A stretch of DNA of 62,342 nucleotides from Catajapyx aquilonaris (taxonomy: Eukaryota), in NCBI GenBank assembly GCA_000934665.2, contig KZ538556.1, positions 1 through 62,342 on the forward strand. Direction: 5' to 3'. Below the pieces are notes generated by a model, which did no database searches, had not been told where the DNA came from, and was given only the letters and a program-made list of their open reading frames with translations. A program made the position numbers and the translations under genes. Shown here in pieces: positions 48,201-62,177 of this stretch. Position 1 is the stretch's first letter, and each line of letters starts with the position of its first letter.

Positions 48201-51200
48201 AACCGGATGACATGCGAGCTCGACACTCAGCACGTGTTGTGCATTACATATCATCCTAAACAGACACACGTCAAAAAAAAACAACAACAACACAACATTA
48301 CTAAAACCATCCATGCGGATTTGAGTATAGGGGAAAAGGACGCTAGTCTCAGCACCTCTGGTGAGGGGGAAAAATAGGATGTCAATTGGCTACAGCTTGG
48401 TGGAAATTTGCCATTCGTATGCATGGAGAAGCATTGCTGGCCTCCGATGCCCTTTGGGGAACGTTTGCTTGCAAATGGCACTGCAATAAAGCAGGCTCGC
48501 CAGGATTGAACTAATCAGAGCTGGGCTCCTCTTTTTTTTTAACTCTACCTCATTTCTTTCGCATATTGGCTGCTTAAAGCAGAGGTGACATATGTGCTAT
48601 ATTCCCTCAAATATTCCAAAATTCTATCCTAGACCACGATCAATAGATCCATCCAACTTCTAGAATAATCAATAACCTTGTACTTATATCTGGGGCCCAT
48701 AGCAATATTTTCCTAGCCAGTTATCCGAAGCAGATCTCAATATGCTCATGGTATTTGGCCCATGTTGCCTTAGGGCCTGCTGCATTTTGGGCGCAGACAG
48801 CAGCAGCTTCGAGTTTGTTTCTACCCGGTTCCTTTTTAAAGCAAGAGTTATGGGCGTTGGGGTGGGCCGCATCAACCGAGATTAGCGATAACTCGGATGG
48901 CCTATATACACTCGACGTACAGTAGACTCGGGTCTTCTCCATTTTTTTCCATAGCGGCGACTGTTGCGATAATATTTTTGTGCTGCAAATGCGGAGAACT
49001 GTGGTCATATACTGGAGGTACTGGTCGAGTAATGATTCAAACAATTCTGTGGCACTTTTTTCAGGGAGAATCTACGAGACAGAAAATTCTGGATTGCTGG
49101 CTCATTTTGAGCATTTAGGTGATAGACCATAGAAAAATGTTACTCAATGGTGTTAATCATTAAAATTTTGATTTTTATGTCCATTTTATTGGTGTTTCCT
49201 CAGCACAAATGTAGAGCAGTGCAAGTGTATACTAATGTTTTCTTTACAGAACATTGGCCCATGGAATGTCCCAGCAGAGTACAAGCATTCGAAAAAGGAT
49301 CTGCCAAGAATTCAGACCAGAGTGACTCCAACTATCTCATTCATCTCAATTCCGCAACTCACTGCCTCATTCTTTTGGGTGAGACCACGTTTTGCCTACA
49401 CTGCAGCACAGAGTGTGCCCGTTTTCTTATGGCCCTTGTCTGCCGAGGTGACTATTAAATGTGACAAGCCAGGATACTAACGCACTTGGGAATGGGGCGT
49501 GGGCAACTAAGTGCATGAAGCAAACTGCTGCATTCATATGGGGAAAACCAAAAGTTGGAGTCCACACCAAAATCAATGTTAATTGAGGTATAAAAAGCAC
49601 CTGCCCTGTTTATAACTGCATTCCAGGCCAAATGTAGTCAATTTAGCCTAGGCCTAAACTGTTCTGTTATTTGGTTGAATATTGGGCTATAGTCGTGCAG
49701 CACGAGGGGAGATTGAAAAAGTTTTGGATATAGCTTGACCACTGGGGAGTATATAGATTGTGCATTGTAAAGTGCAGGCATACTGTATATATAGTGATTC
49801 TATATGAAGTCAGCAAAATTAAACCTATGAAGTTAGCAAATCTAAACCATTGTAAAGAAGATTTAATCAATCCACCCAGGACTCGACAAGAGAAGTAGTG
49901 AAGAGTTCACGTTAAAAATAATGTTATTTTAAATAAATTAAACCCGTATAAATTTAGCTCACTCTGAATTGTATGTAATAACATTTTTTTGCAACTGCTT
50001 CGGCTGTAACAAAACTTGCCACGGAGTAGCATTGGCCGATTTGGAACTGCCCTACCTAATAGTAGCCTAATAACTCCACTGGGGCTGCCAGTAAAACCAT
50101 GTGAACAATTACCCCCCTACCAACACGATAAAAAAGGCTGCCGGCAGGCATCAATAAAAATTATTGTTCTTCAATTCTCACCGTGCAAGCCCCATTCATG
50201 CTGAAATTGCATATATTTCAGTGACACAACTGCAGTTTGCTGAAGTGTTGTGTCTCCATTATATAAAAAAATAATCTCTGCTCTTATTGATAATTTGCAA
50301 GCACATGTACATAGCATATAGGCCTAACTGAGCAGTTGATAGACGTGATTGGCAGGTAGTTATAGCAGTATGAAAAAATTATTTTAGCATATTTTTGGTT
50401 GCCGAAAACCTCACTTCCCAATTGGCCATATAATTTTATTCGCTTTATTCCTGGCTTGCTATGCTATCCTTCTTCACATAAGTATTTCTCAAGTGCTGAG
50501 TTGCGACCCTGTTCATTTCTCATTCATGGTGCAGTTAAAGGGTCGACAGCTCGCGATGACCAAAACAAGTGGAGAGAAGGGAGTGCAGTTAATGCTTCCA
50601 AGATGAGACGTGACAATGGAGGTTCACTGATGAAGAAAAATCTTGCCTGTAGTATATCTAATATGCTACAGCTTCTGCTATAATCTTCAGCTTGCATGGT
50701 TTAGTCTGGTCATGTGAAAATCTGGCTGTGTAAATATTCCCCCGCAATATTTTCTCCTCTTTCATTTAATTAACGTTTTCATTACAGCAACAATATGAGT
50801 GTAATAAGTACCCTTGCAGAGCATCATGTAGAAATGTTTTCAGGAAATAAAAGTGACTGTCAGTACACTTGCATGTGTTTAACTTAGCTTAAGAAGAACG
50901 GAGCGTCATACTCATGTTTGTAGTACAGCTGCTGATTCCATGCTAAAATATCGCTGCTGCTATAGTGTCAATGGAGAAAATGTCAAAAAACCTGTCGTAA
51001 AACGGGGCCTACCTGTATACATGCATGTCTTCTACATGTATAAGTTACAGCAGCATAAAAAATTACCTTCCTGATAGTAGGCCTAATAAAAATATCCAGT
51101 TTATTGCATGTAATATACAGTACAGTAGAGCTGTCACCAATGACGGGCAATAATCAAATCGGTAATCTTTTCACGTGAAAGGGGCAAGCAACACAGATCG

Positions 51201-51470
51201 ACCAGTGTAGGCAAGAAATGAAACAACGTTATCTATTCATCTGATCCGCTCCCTGGACTAATGCAACTCCGCTTCTTTTTATGACACTCATTTTTTGTGT
51301 GTTTCTGCTGTGCGTGCGAAATTGCGTCTTATGCGACCGGATATTCGGCATACACGGCAGCCTGAGAAACTTTTATGACTTGTGTCTTGCCTCGAGGAAG
51401 TCTGGCTATATGCCTAAAGTATATAGACCTAAGGTTCAACTAAATGAATTGCATATTAGTAGTTTATCCC

Positions 51471-51578
51471 AATTTGAATTATCTTCTAATGTTCTAAGAG
51501 TCATCAATGTTCACTTCCAAGTGCAATGTATTGCACTTGGAAGTGAACATTGATGACTCTTTGAAGACAATTCAAATT
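51471..51578. repeat. Near-perfect palindrome / fold-back element
   Basis: Perfect 32-bp arms (51496-51527 and 51530-51561) around a 2-nt centre. Outer arms AATTTGAATTRTCTTC also pair across a bulge on the left arm. Confidence 0.85.
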
Positions 51579-52855
51579 ACTTTGAGATCCATTTTGCCCT
51601 AACTGTACAACACCACATTTTTGTACAGATAAGTTGGATTTTTCCACTAGATTTCTTCATGGACACACCTTATGTCGAATCAGAATTACCGACACTATCC
51701 GACTCGAACATGAGCATAGCAAGAAAAGGCGCCATCAAAATTGCATGAGAGTAATCGCTACAACGATACTTGCAAAATGATTAGTAAGTTGGCTTTTGAT
51801 GACAGCATTTCTGCGAAATGTTTACAATATCAGCACAGCACATGACACAATGGTGTACAGCAAGACATGTAATATATGGAATATAGATATGACGGTGTCT
51901 TTTCGTGCACATTTGTAACACGCTTGCTTACACAGCCGTCATGATATTTCTGTGCGTGTCTGACAGAAATCTAAATGTAAGCACCTTTCAGACAACCCTG
52001 TGATTTTTTCAACAGATTTGTCCCTACAATATCGACGGAAACTTAGAATGGCCGTTCAGTTCTTTTCAACGGAAACATTTTGCTTTTTAAAAAATAATCA
52101 TTTTGTTATTTTTTTTCAGTGGAAGAATGAAATTGAAATGGCAAATGGGTTGGTCAACACTACAGTCTGCATAAAGCTCGCATATAACTAAACTGATTAA
52201 AGTCTTGGCGGATAAAATGAGTGTCATCCGTCCCATGACATAAAAGGCATATCCTTGCCGCCTCTGCATAATTAAAGTGTCCCAAGTTTTGCCGGTTCAC
52301 CATTCTAAGTTTTCAAATCATTTTTTGGCTGAGGAGTCCATCAAATAAATTGCCGCCGTTCCATCCATCCAACCTTCTATCCATCCATCCTTTTCCATCC
52401 ATCCTTCTATCCAAGCCCAGCTTCTCGAATATTGCCTTTCCCCCCTCCCCCTCCCCCTTTTTCCTATTCCGACAGCGCTCTTTCGGACCCTCCCAACCCC
52501 TCCCCAAAGACACCCTTTTTCCCGAGGATATTACCCCAAAAACTTTTTCTTTGTCTATGCATCTGTATAAGTCCGGGGAGCCCGGCTGGAGTGGCTCGAT
52601 ATGGTTTCCCCCCTGACTTGATGGCTCTGATCTCAGTGGCCTTACTGTATATTGCAGCACTTTTCCAACTTTCTAGAAGGAACGAACCAAGAAGCTTTTC
52701 TAGACTCCCCACCGTTATATAAACAGCACTCCTAAAAAAATCTGCACTTAGTTGTTCTATATGTACAGTGTTACTTGTATATGAAGTTGTTCTAAAAAAA
52801 TATTCTTCATTAATTTTGTCTCTGTAAATATACTGTAGGAGGATTGGCAAATTAT

Positions 52856-52931
52856 ACTCATGTAACAACACTAGAATGCAGCAGTGTTCAGTATGCTGAA
52901 CACTGCTGCATTCTTGTGCTGTAACATGAGT
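52856..52931. repeat. 76-nt hairpin
   Basis: 36-bp arms with 3 mismatches (inner 19 bp perfect) and a 4-nt centre TATG. Confidence 0.8.
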
Positions 52932-55900
52932 GGTGTTAATGCAAATCAGCGTCTCGTATAGGGATCGAATGTCCAAACATTATATGGACATACCAGCCAA
53001 CTGCTGTAATGGACCGGGCTTAGACTGCAAATGTACGATAATTGCAATTTTTATCCTCAGTACCAGGCGTCCAGCTAAGTAAATAAATAAGCAGGATCAG
53101 GACAAGTACATTTTCATTCTGATCTCATGCAGTGGAGCTGATTTTATTTGTCCACCTGGAGCGGCCGTTTTATAGCTGTACTTGAGTTATGCATCCAGTA
53201 AAATTACTTTTCTTACAGAGTTTGTCACATGAAATCCCACGTGCGTGTGTGATAGCAATGCTGTCTAACTTATTCAGACCGGTGGACCCAGCCATGTAGA
53301 GACTTTAAACCGTATTCTTATTCAACTGTAATTGTGGCAGTGCTTGTTGTAAAACCAGATATTTAGATCTAAATGGTATATCCTTGTTGACCTGGGCATA
53401 AAAAGGCAATTCTTTTCATTTAAGAGTACATGAAGGACAAAGCGTCACAGAAGCAACCAGATTATTGTGTCCTCCTGGTAAGTTACAGCGCACTTAGGAG
53501 AGTGTAAATAATCATCTGAGCTTACAGCTGGTCAAGCCAGACACGTGACCTCAAGGGTGACCCGACTCTCAAGTTACAACCAAGCTTGTCCCTCCATGGC
53601 ATGCAATGACCTCTTGCGAAATATTGCACCGCCACTTATTTACATCTTGAGGCTGTAACCATTCAATTTACTTGTGCTGGGCAAACACCTTTCATTGTGT
53701 AACTTGTACCATGGAAAAATTTAATAATGTCGGAATGTCTCAGCCATTATTAAGATCCTGGGTTCAGCCCTTAGGTTATGCTCTCAACCCGTGATTAGTT
53801 AACCCCGCGACTTGAGCATCAGTCATGCACGTGGGCCTAAAAGACTACAGACCTGTACAAGCTGCAAGCAGTATATAACTTACCAGATGAAGGAATCATT
53901 ATGACACACCCTATTTAACTATAGTGTATCTTTCAAATGCTAACTTAAGCCTACATTTAGCACCGCATACATGAGCCTCACATGACGATGGACAACTGTC
54001 TATTTGGTAAAAAATACTGACGAGTATATAGGCACAAGCCATACTCTGACACACTGTACATCTCATTCGTGGTGGTGAGCCATTCATCCATCCTTCAACA
54101 CGGCCATCAGTGTATACACACTGTACTGTATACACAAGCGAAGGGATACAAGTGGCCCGAAACTACGTGTCGAGAGCAATGGATTTCAATCCCTGCCGTA
54201 AAATGTACGGCGGAGCCATAAATTGTCCAGTACATCAGAAACAAGATATAGGCCTATGGCTGGAAATAATAGCTCATGAAACACTCAGATGAACCTTAAA
54301 GCAAGCCCAATATGACTGAAGTGCCCATAATGTACCGCGCGAGCTCGCTTGAAAACAGGAGAGGCCCGCGCCACTTTCAACTCGACTTATCTGCGGCTAT
54401 TTCATTAAATCGTGACATTTATTAGCGGCCAAACGTGCCGGACACTCTCTACAAAAAGGCACCTACATTATCCTTCCTTAGCGATAGAATCCGCACTATC
54501 GCTACCTATTCAAGGCTCATTGTCAAACGATCTCAACTTCTTATACTCCCCGCCCTGAGCTGATTCCTAAGAATTATTGTAGTCTGTGTTTTCGCTTTCT
54601 AGATCCCCTTTTGAACTTGTCTCAGTTAACTTTCAGGCTACAGGCATTTATACTATGTCGGTACTTGAACCAAGGCTGTCTAAGTAGTGGGTAAGTTGTG
54701 AGTTGTTATCTACATAGTGAGTGATGTAGCACGATTCCAGGTTTAGTTTAATCCCAGCAGGCCATTCCTGCACCAGTGTGAAGATATGCCTATATAGCCT
54801 TTATTCCTTCCTCATTCATGTCCTCCAGCAGAGGAAATGTTTTGTGTAAAAACAACTGAAGTAAAAATATTCTACAGTGATGCTATAAAATTGTAACATT
54901 ATAATCGGCAAATATTATACAAATGCATATTTGTAACTGACGAGTTGGTTTCATTTGTCTCCAGCACAGTGTTCAAAGCGCCACTTCCTTTTCACAATTT
55001 AATAACAATTAAAAACACAGGCTACAGTTTCCTTGAGAAAAAGAAATGGCTGTGTGAATCGGTCTGTATACATTCACACAGTTGGCAGTTTGATTGAAAA
55101 ACGCAGGAAAAAACGTCAATGTTCGTCATGATGCCTCTCGTGGAGGAAGAACAGTACCGCATCATTTTCCTGGCAAGGTGTAAAGTGATATTCAATAAAA
55201 AAAGTTTTTCGCCGATATTAATATTGAAAAATAACATAAAAAATATTATATCGTACTTCCGTTTTTTTGCAATACTTACTACTTTTATGCACTATATGCA
55301 CAAATATTGCTTTAAAATAAAATTCACATCATTCGCTATGCAGAAATAGACATTCAACAGAAACCCAGTACGGTTGGTTTAAAACACCCAAGCTGCAGCA
55401 TATCTCGTCCCGCCTTCCAAAACCAACGGAACATGAGGACTGGTCTGCCTTGCATCCAAAACTCCGCCCCTACCCCCCTATTTCCCCTCCATGTCAACCC
55501 TGGGTCACTATTTACCGGATCTTGGCCAGTCCTCCTGCCCCCTACATACGCACACATTCAGGATATGTCCCCCTTCTATTTATCATTTGATCATGGCGCC
55601 ATGGCAGGCAGCAGGAGGTCCGTCTGTTTTCAATGAAGCGGCCATCTTGGGATGGTCAGCATGGATGGATGGATTGATGGATGCGAGGAATTCGGGGGAA
55701 AGGAACCAGGACCCAAGTGAAAGGTTGCGGTTTTAAGCAATAAAATGGATGGCCCTTCTCCTGAAAATCCAAAAAAAGACAGCTAAAGCTGGACTCTTTT
55801 CTCCAGAGACAGTGTAGAAGGCGGGCAACTTGGGAGTGCTCCTCCTCTCTTCCACGGTAAGTAGCAGTTTAATAGTACAAGACCTGGCTGACATATCTCA

Positions 55901-58900
55901 GGTTTGCTGTGCATAAGGTGATTGTTAAAATATTTTCTAGTTGCCCAGACATTTACAACCTAGTCACTTTATGCGGGTGCCAGGCAACTTTTTATATGCA
56001 ACAACTGTCAATTTTGCACAAGTGATTGTCGTATATCCGTTTGATTCCCGTCATTACTCTGATGCCTTCTGATTCTGTCGTCAAACTACTTGCTGATTAA
56101 TCTTTGTTTCATTTGTTTTGTTTTGTGCGAATGAGGGTCGGAATGATTGCATCTACTGTACTATGTCGTGATAACCGGTTGTTATATCTGATCTTAAAAA
56201 TGTCAATTACACACATCGCTCCAAATGTTCAACTGCAATATACTGTAGAATAATTCATGTAAAACGCAGCATTCTAACATGGTAGAGTACTGATAGTAAA
56301 ATACTGTCAACAGTCCTACTGTATACTATATGACATTTAAAAAAGTATACAATGCACAAACTTTTACCTACAAAAATATCATATGCTCTGGTGAGTAGGG
56401 CCCAATATCCTGAATAATATTCTGGATATTATCTGTATTCCCTCCGGTTGGCGGGTTGCATCGGAGTGGAAGGCAACGCATCGAACCATTCAGTGGGTGA
56501 ACTTGACAATTTTATTTTACGTCGGCAATAATTTGGGCCCCGTAGGCGAGTAAATGGCCAAGGTGGCTCAGGCGGGACTTCATTCTTTGCGCGGCCAGAA
56601 CCGAGATGGATTCCGGAAGCCAGATCCAAGCTCGAGTGCATTATTGGCAAGCATCAGCTAGGACCAAGCAGGCAAAGAAAAGGCAGCCAGACCGTCAACC
56701 ATTTCGTCCTGCCACCCTCGAAGCTCTTCTTTCCTACAGAGCTTTTAATATTCTTGCTTTTGTATAATAACAAAGCGGAAATTCCTCCCTGTTTGTTTGT
56801 GCTCCCCCATTTTATGTATATTTTTAATGGTCCATAAAGCGAATAGTGGCTCTGTTGGTTAATTTAATGGAAGAGGATTGGGTCGAGACAAACTTAATTA
56901 TGCGCAACCAACCTAAGGAAAAGTGAATGTCGGTCCCTGGAGAACCCACATGTTTGTGTATGTTGTCTTCAAAGGATCCCTTGATTTCCAATTTTGACCT
57001 AAAGTCCAGTAACATTAAACTTGTGGATTCATAAATGTCCCGGGCAAGTGCTGTGTTCACTCATTCTAACGTCCCAAGTACTATCGGTACAAAATGTGGA
57101 CACTGGATAACCCATTTCATACAATTTCCTATTCAACTGCAATAATTGCTCCGTATAACACAGCAAAAAGAATAAAGAGAGAGAAAAAACGTGTTGATAA
57201 CGCCGTAACGGTCTGATGAAACAATTAAATGCGGAATCGCTTTACGAGCACTTTAATGGGCCACTCAGTCAGCACGAGAAATCATAAAAATCAAGTCGGA
57301 CATCAGACTTGCAGGAATTCCATTCACTGCTTCTAATACCCATCTTGATTCGCCTTTTTATTTGTATATTGAGGCTACCCAGCATCACTGTACAGTATTT
57401 TACATTCGATGTAGCTTATAACCGCTGTATGCTCTCGTCACTTGTCTACATTTGCTTATAGTTGGACAGTGCCAATCAACGCACTTAAGGCCCTTTTGGG
57501 GACATCATTTCACACACGACAACCTCTAACTGATAAAAATCTCCGGGCGTGATTATGACCGATATAAACCTCAATAGTTGGCAAGTGCTTCGTTTGTAAC
57601 GGTTATCGTCACGTCATTGATTTAAAGGCCGTTTTAGACCCTTTTAGTGTCTGTTGACATCTGTTTCTTCTGGCCGTTAGGAGGGTTTATATATTCAGAA
57701 ATGGCGCTGAGATTCTATTACGGAATCCTTGTATAGCCCCGAGGGAACGCTGGAAAAATGGCAGCATTATGAAGCTAGTGTCTATAATATTCCTGCCCTT
57801 ATTCCTCATCAGTCTTGATATTTCCACACCTCGGTTTATACGAATCGAGCCATTTTTTTCACACACACACAAATCAAATTCGTCACCTTATCATTTACCC
57901 TGCTTATTCGGTCCCGAGTGGATCATAATGATAATTACAGGCCTGCACCATCTTCAAGAAACTCGGTTTCAACTCCGGCTGAAAAAATTCTAAGCCCGCA
58001 AGCAATTAGGTACAGCAGAAAAAAAAGTATGAAAGACTACTTAATACTGGAGATTAAGCCGGTGCAACATTATGAGTGCCATTTATGACTAGTCTACCGA
58101 GGAAGGGAAGTGAAGTTATTATCTTTTCCTTCCGAGATTGGCTGGCCGAGACGGAAAGGGCCATTCTTGAGTCAAACCCTCAAGAAATGGCGCGGTTCTA
58201 ACTTTGCTCTGTAAGTCCGGATATGTCGAATTTAGACAGGTGGACAGCGTGTAACATGCGGTGCACCTCGGACAATAAGTAAAGCAGATGTCCTCTTTTT
58301 GGAGTCTAGCTATAAATCAGTGGAAAAGGCGGTTAAGTAAGACCCTGACGACATCTCAGGCTCTTACATTATAGGTGGTCCGACCATAATCTGCCTAATA
58401 AAAAATCCTTGTTTATGAGGCCAGCTAGAGCAAATATGTGGGCAGCATGTGGGGGTAGACAACAGGCTGCGGCTTGTCTGAGAGCAGCCATTTTCTAGAG
58501 AGGCCTAGCGTGGCCCAAACTCAGCTTCCATCCATAATCCAGTTGGCGCTCATCTCCGCAGGGCTTTTTAGCTCCCTCTACCATAGCTAGGCCCAACTGA
58601 CAAATCAATACTCACTTCCAACAATGGCCGCCCACTCCATTGTATAGTAGAAAAAAATTCACATGTATTCTTGTATTCATGACAATTCAGGCAAATGTGC
58701 TCGGACAGCCTTGGAAAGTGGCGTCGGGGGCCCGGAAATTAACAGTGAAGAAGAGGCAATATTCCAAAACGCCGCACAACGTTATGAGTCCGGTGAATTT
58801 GAGATTGCTGGTGCTGCACAAGACTCATCAACTTAACGCTAGGCTGGGTGGGGTGCCCCCCTCACCATATATATATACACCCCCCCTCTTTTCCTCCCAG

Positions 58901-59893
58901 GCAAAACCCTTTTGCCTTATTCGCACCAAGTTCTTATGCCTAACATTCCCAGCTGCAGTCCCAGCCGAGTTTTCATTAAGGTGGCCGCAGCCTTTTCATT
59001 TCCGGCTGCTAACGCGGATTAAATCTACACTTTTCTGCACAAATGAAACACTTTGGGGCGCCATGTGGACTCTGAAACGACCTATGATCAGAAATTTTCA
59101 TTTCGGGCTTCGTTATACAGGGTGGTGCATAAGTGTGCTCCTGAAATGATAGTCAGTCCTGAGGCATTTTTTTTTTTTGAAAAACATACTCCAGTTTGTT
59201 TGTTTTTTTAAATCACATATAGATTCGGATAGTTGGAACCGCTTCACATTTAAGAATTTCTGTGAGCCAAAAGCCGCACAGAAAATGTTTAACTACCGGT
59301 ACATTATAAAATGCTTATAAATTGTCCCAAAAGCCAGCAATATATGTAGTGGCACATCCCCAACCATACGACAGAAAAGTAATAATAATTTATATAAAAT
59401 TTATAACATCAAAATTTATCATGCACTCCAAAACGTCTGCAGAATTAATATCCTTTGATGTCTATAACATCAGGATAACAAATTAATATATTAAGAGTTT
59501 TGCAAGGGTGTTCCAAGACAAGGGTATAAAACGTGTAAGTCAAATTCTAATAGAAAATGCAAAATACCCATTTGTTTTATCCGGAATAATTCGAGAAGAA
59601 CTGCGAGGCAACTTTCTATACGGCCTGAAATTTTAATTAGTCAATTAATAGTTTTCTCATGTAGAATTCAGTGGGTGGAAGAGAGTAGAAATTTTGCTGG
59701 TATCATTTCCTGTCTGAAAATGTTATATTTTGGCAAGCAAAAAGTAAAAGTGATTGCTGTGAATCTGTTTCACTGCTTTTTTCATGTAACGACAAAATTC
59801 CATTATCAAGAATTATCGGAAATGTTGATATTTGGCGTCACTCTTAATAGGCCTACAAATTTGTTGACACATTAAGCTAAATTAAGCGCATTA

Positions 59894-59945
59894 TTATTAT
59901 TTTATTTTATTTTTATTTACGTTACCCCTTGCGAGGGGCCCTAAC
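59894..59945 (-). mobile_element. Severely 5'-truncated retroposon 3' end with TSD
   Basis: Direct repeat TAAGCGCATTA at 59883-59893 and 59946-59956 flanks, on minus, GTTAGGGCCCCTCGCAAGGGGTAACG plus a (TAAAA)n tail. Confidence 0.7.
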
Positions 59946-62177
59946 TAAGCGCATTAAGAAAATTCGACTGTATGAGATCAGCACTAGTTACATTTGTTTG
60001 AAAAGATTTCTTGTCCCCAGTTGAAGCACGTGCCATTCAATAATCAACTTGAAACATTCCTGGTCACGACCAGGTGTCGGCCGCGCATACGCCTGACATC
60101 TCAATTAGCAGGATTTCTGGATCATCCTGTATTCGGACTCTTCCTAATCCTTCTTTTCTAAAGAACCCCCTCACACCAAGTATAGGAAGATCAAAAACAA
60201 TGGAGGCAATAAAGCGCACAAAAAAAAATTATAGAGGGAGGCTCAGGAAACGATTATGCTGTAAAATTTGATTAAATAGCGCAATAAAACGTCCTCTAAA
60301 GATTATGTAGTACTCAAGTCGAATTGGCCATATGATGTCACGCGCCGCTCTTGGCCTATAATAGTGCGGCCACTCTATTCTTAGACCCATAGCAACCAGG
60401 GAGTTCAACCAACCATACCCTCCCCCCTTTTCTTCCTGTTCATCCTGACAGCTATGCTCCCCTCCACGCAACATGGCCTAACGGGTTTCCGGCTCGGGAG
60501 GATTAACGGCAGTAAATTTTTACAACTTGTTCAGTCAAATTTTAGAGTGCCACCTCTTTAGGACAATGTAGCGATTCCCAGCAATTTTTACGAGCTCAGC
60601 TACCTACCAAGTGGGTGGTGAAGTGGGGGTTAGGAGAAAGTGTAGGGTGGAGGGGGGGAATTAAAAGTGTCCAAAAAATGTTCTGACCCCGGCTAGGTCC
60701 AGACTGCTATAAAATAATGGGTGATAAAATACAGTAAAGAGATCAGGCGTCATTTATGCTTAATTACCCTAGAGAGTTGGGGTGGAAAAGATTAGAAGAG
60801 GTCAGGATTTTAGCCCCTTTTTTGGAGTAATTTTTGCAAAATTTTGTATGTCACCCAAATGGAAGTTTGCCCTGTATTGTAGAACACAATTTGAACATTA
60901 CCTGCTCTTACTTAAGGACAGTAATTATCATACAGGTGTTAACTTGTCAAAATTGCTGATGGGGTTTACCTACGTTTTTTGAGCGTGTGCCTCAGACGAG
61001 AAAACTTGTGACCCAGATACTTGTGGTTTTGGGATTCAGCTCGGCAGCCCTCCATGTCGAAGGCGACCGGTTTGACAAAAAAAAAATGCCGAGAGAGCGA
61101 CGGAGAGAAATGGTTAGGATTCTCCTGCCTCAGTTTCAAAAGCCTATTCGGTGTCTCCCCCATTTTATTATCTGGTCCTCACAATCAGGATCCCCCTCTC
61201 CCTTACGCCATTGGTCCAAAACGTGTTATATCTGTGCACCTCCCAAATGGACCACGCTCGCCACAAGTCTCACCTCTCTTTCTATTCGTTGCAGTGTCTC
61301 TTCAAAATTCCTCTCACATAACGGATTTCTTGAAAAAAGGGGTACGTGACCGTATTTTGGTCAATAGTTATTGATGAAAAAACAGTCCTTATTGATACTC
61401 ATTTGACTGTTATTACAAAATACGTCTGTGTAATGTATGCAGGAGTTTAATTATTTGATGCTCTTCATACATGAACAAGTGCTGGAAGGGGGGCAACAAT
61501 ATTCAGCATGGCCACACATTGCAGTAAGTGGAAGGTTCATGGACATAAATATCACAGGATATAATTATGTTTAAAGCTTTATTTTGCTGTCATATAACAA
61601 TTCGTAGTGTACGTTTTGTCTAATAATACAGTATTATTAGACGAAAAAGTTAAACTGAGTTAATCTTTTTGGTTTATTGAGTTATGAATAGAGTGCAAAT
61701 AAAATAGGGAATTTGCATTTTTACGATTTGCAAAAAGCCACCAAATATCCCAGGAATCTTACATATCTGTAGCTAAGTGTATGTTATGGCAACGGTAACT
61801 TTATAAGTCGCACTGAAACCTCCAAAAATATAGATGCTCGTGCAATATGCAAAAGCTTGAAATGGGAAATTTATGAATGATGGAATAATTATTATGCTTC
61901 ATTAATAGAGGTTTCAGTTTACACTCAAAAAATTGGACATCTCTTACCACTGCATTGCCATACATACACACGCAAATTAAATGTCTGGAATAAGGTTCCT
62001 ATGTTGCTCTTATTGGCCATTTGAAATGCGGAAAAATTACAAATCATAAACAGATTTTCATAACTCAAGCAACATCATAGGCCTACTTTAAAAACACTTT
62101 GCACTTTTTTCGCTAAATATTAATGGTATTGGGAACGAAATATACTGTATACACTAAAATTATCGTGGTACTATATA

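Noticed and set aside
52360..52412. Degenerate (CCAT)n, with complementary (ATGG)n at ~55661-55683, as a long-range inverted repeat
   Set aside because: Similarity is limited to the simple repeat and the flanks are unrelated.
9900..61400. Remaining 60-170-aa ORFs in the track
   Set aside because: Many use non-ATG starts and none shows recognisable domains or coding-like composition; consistent with chance ORFs.
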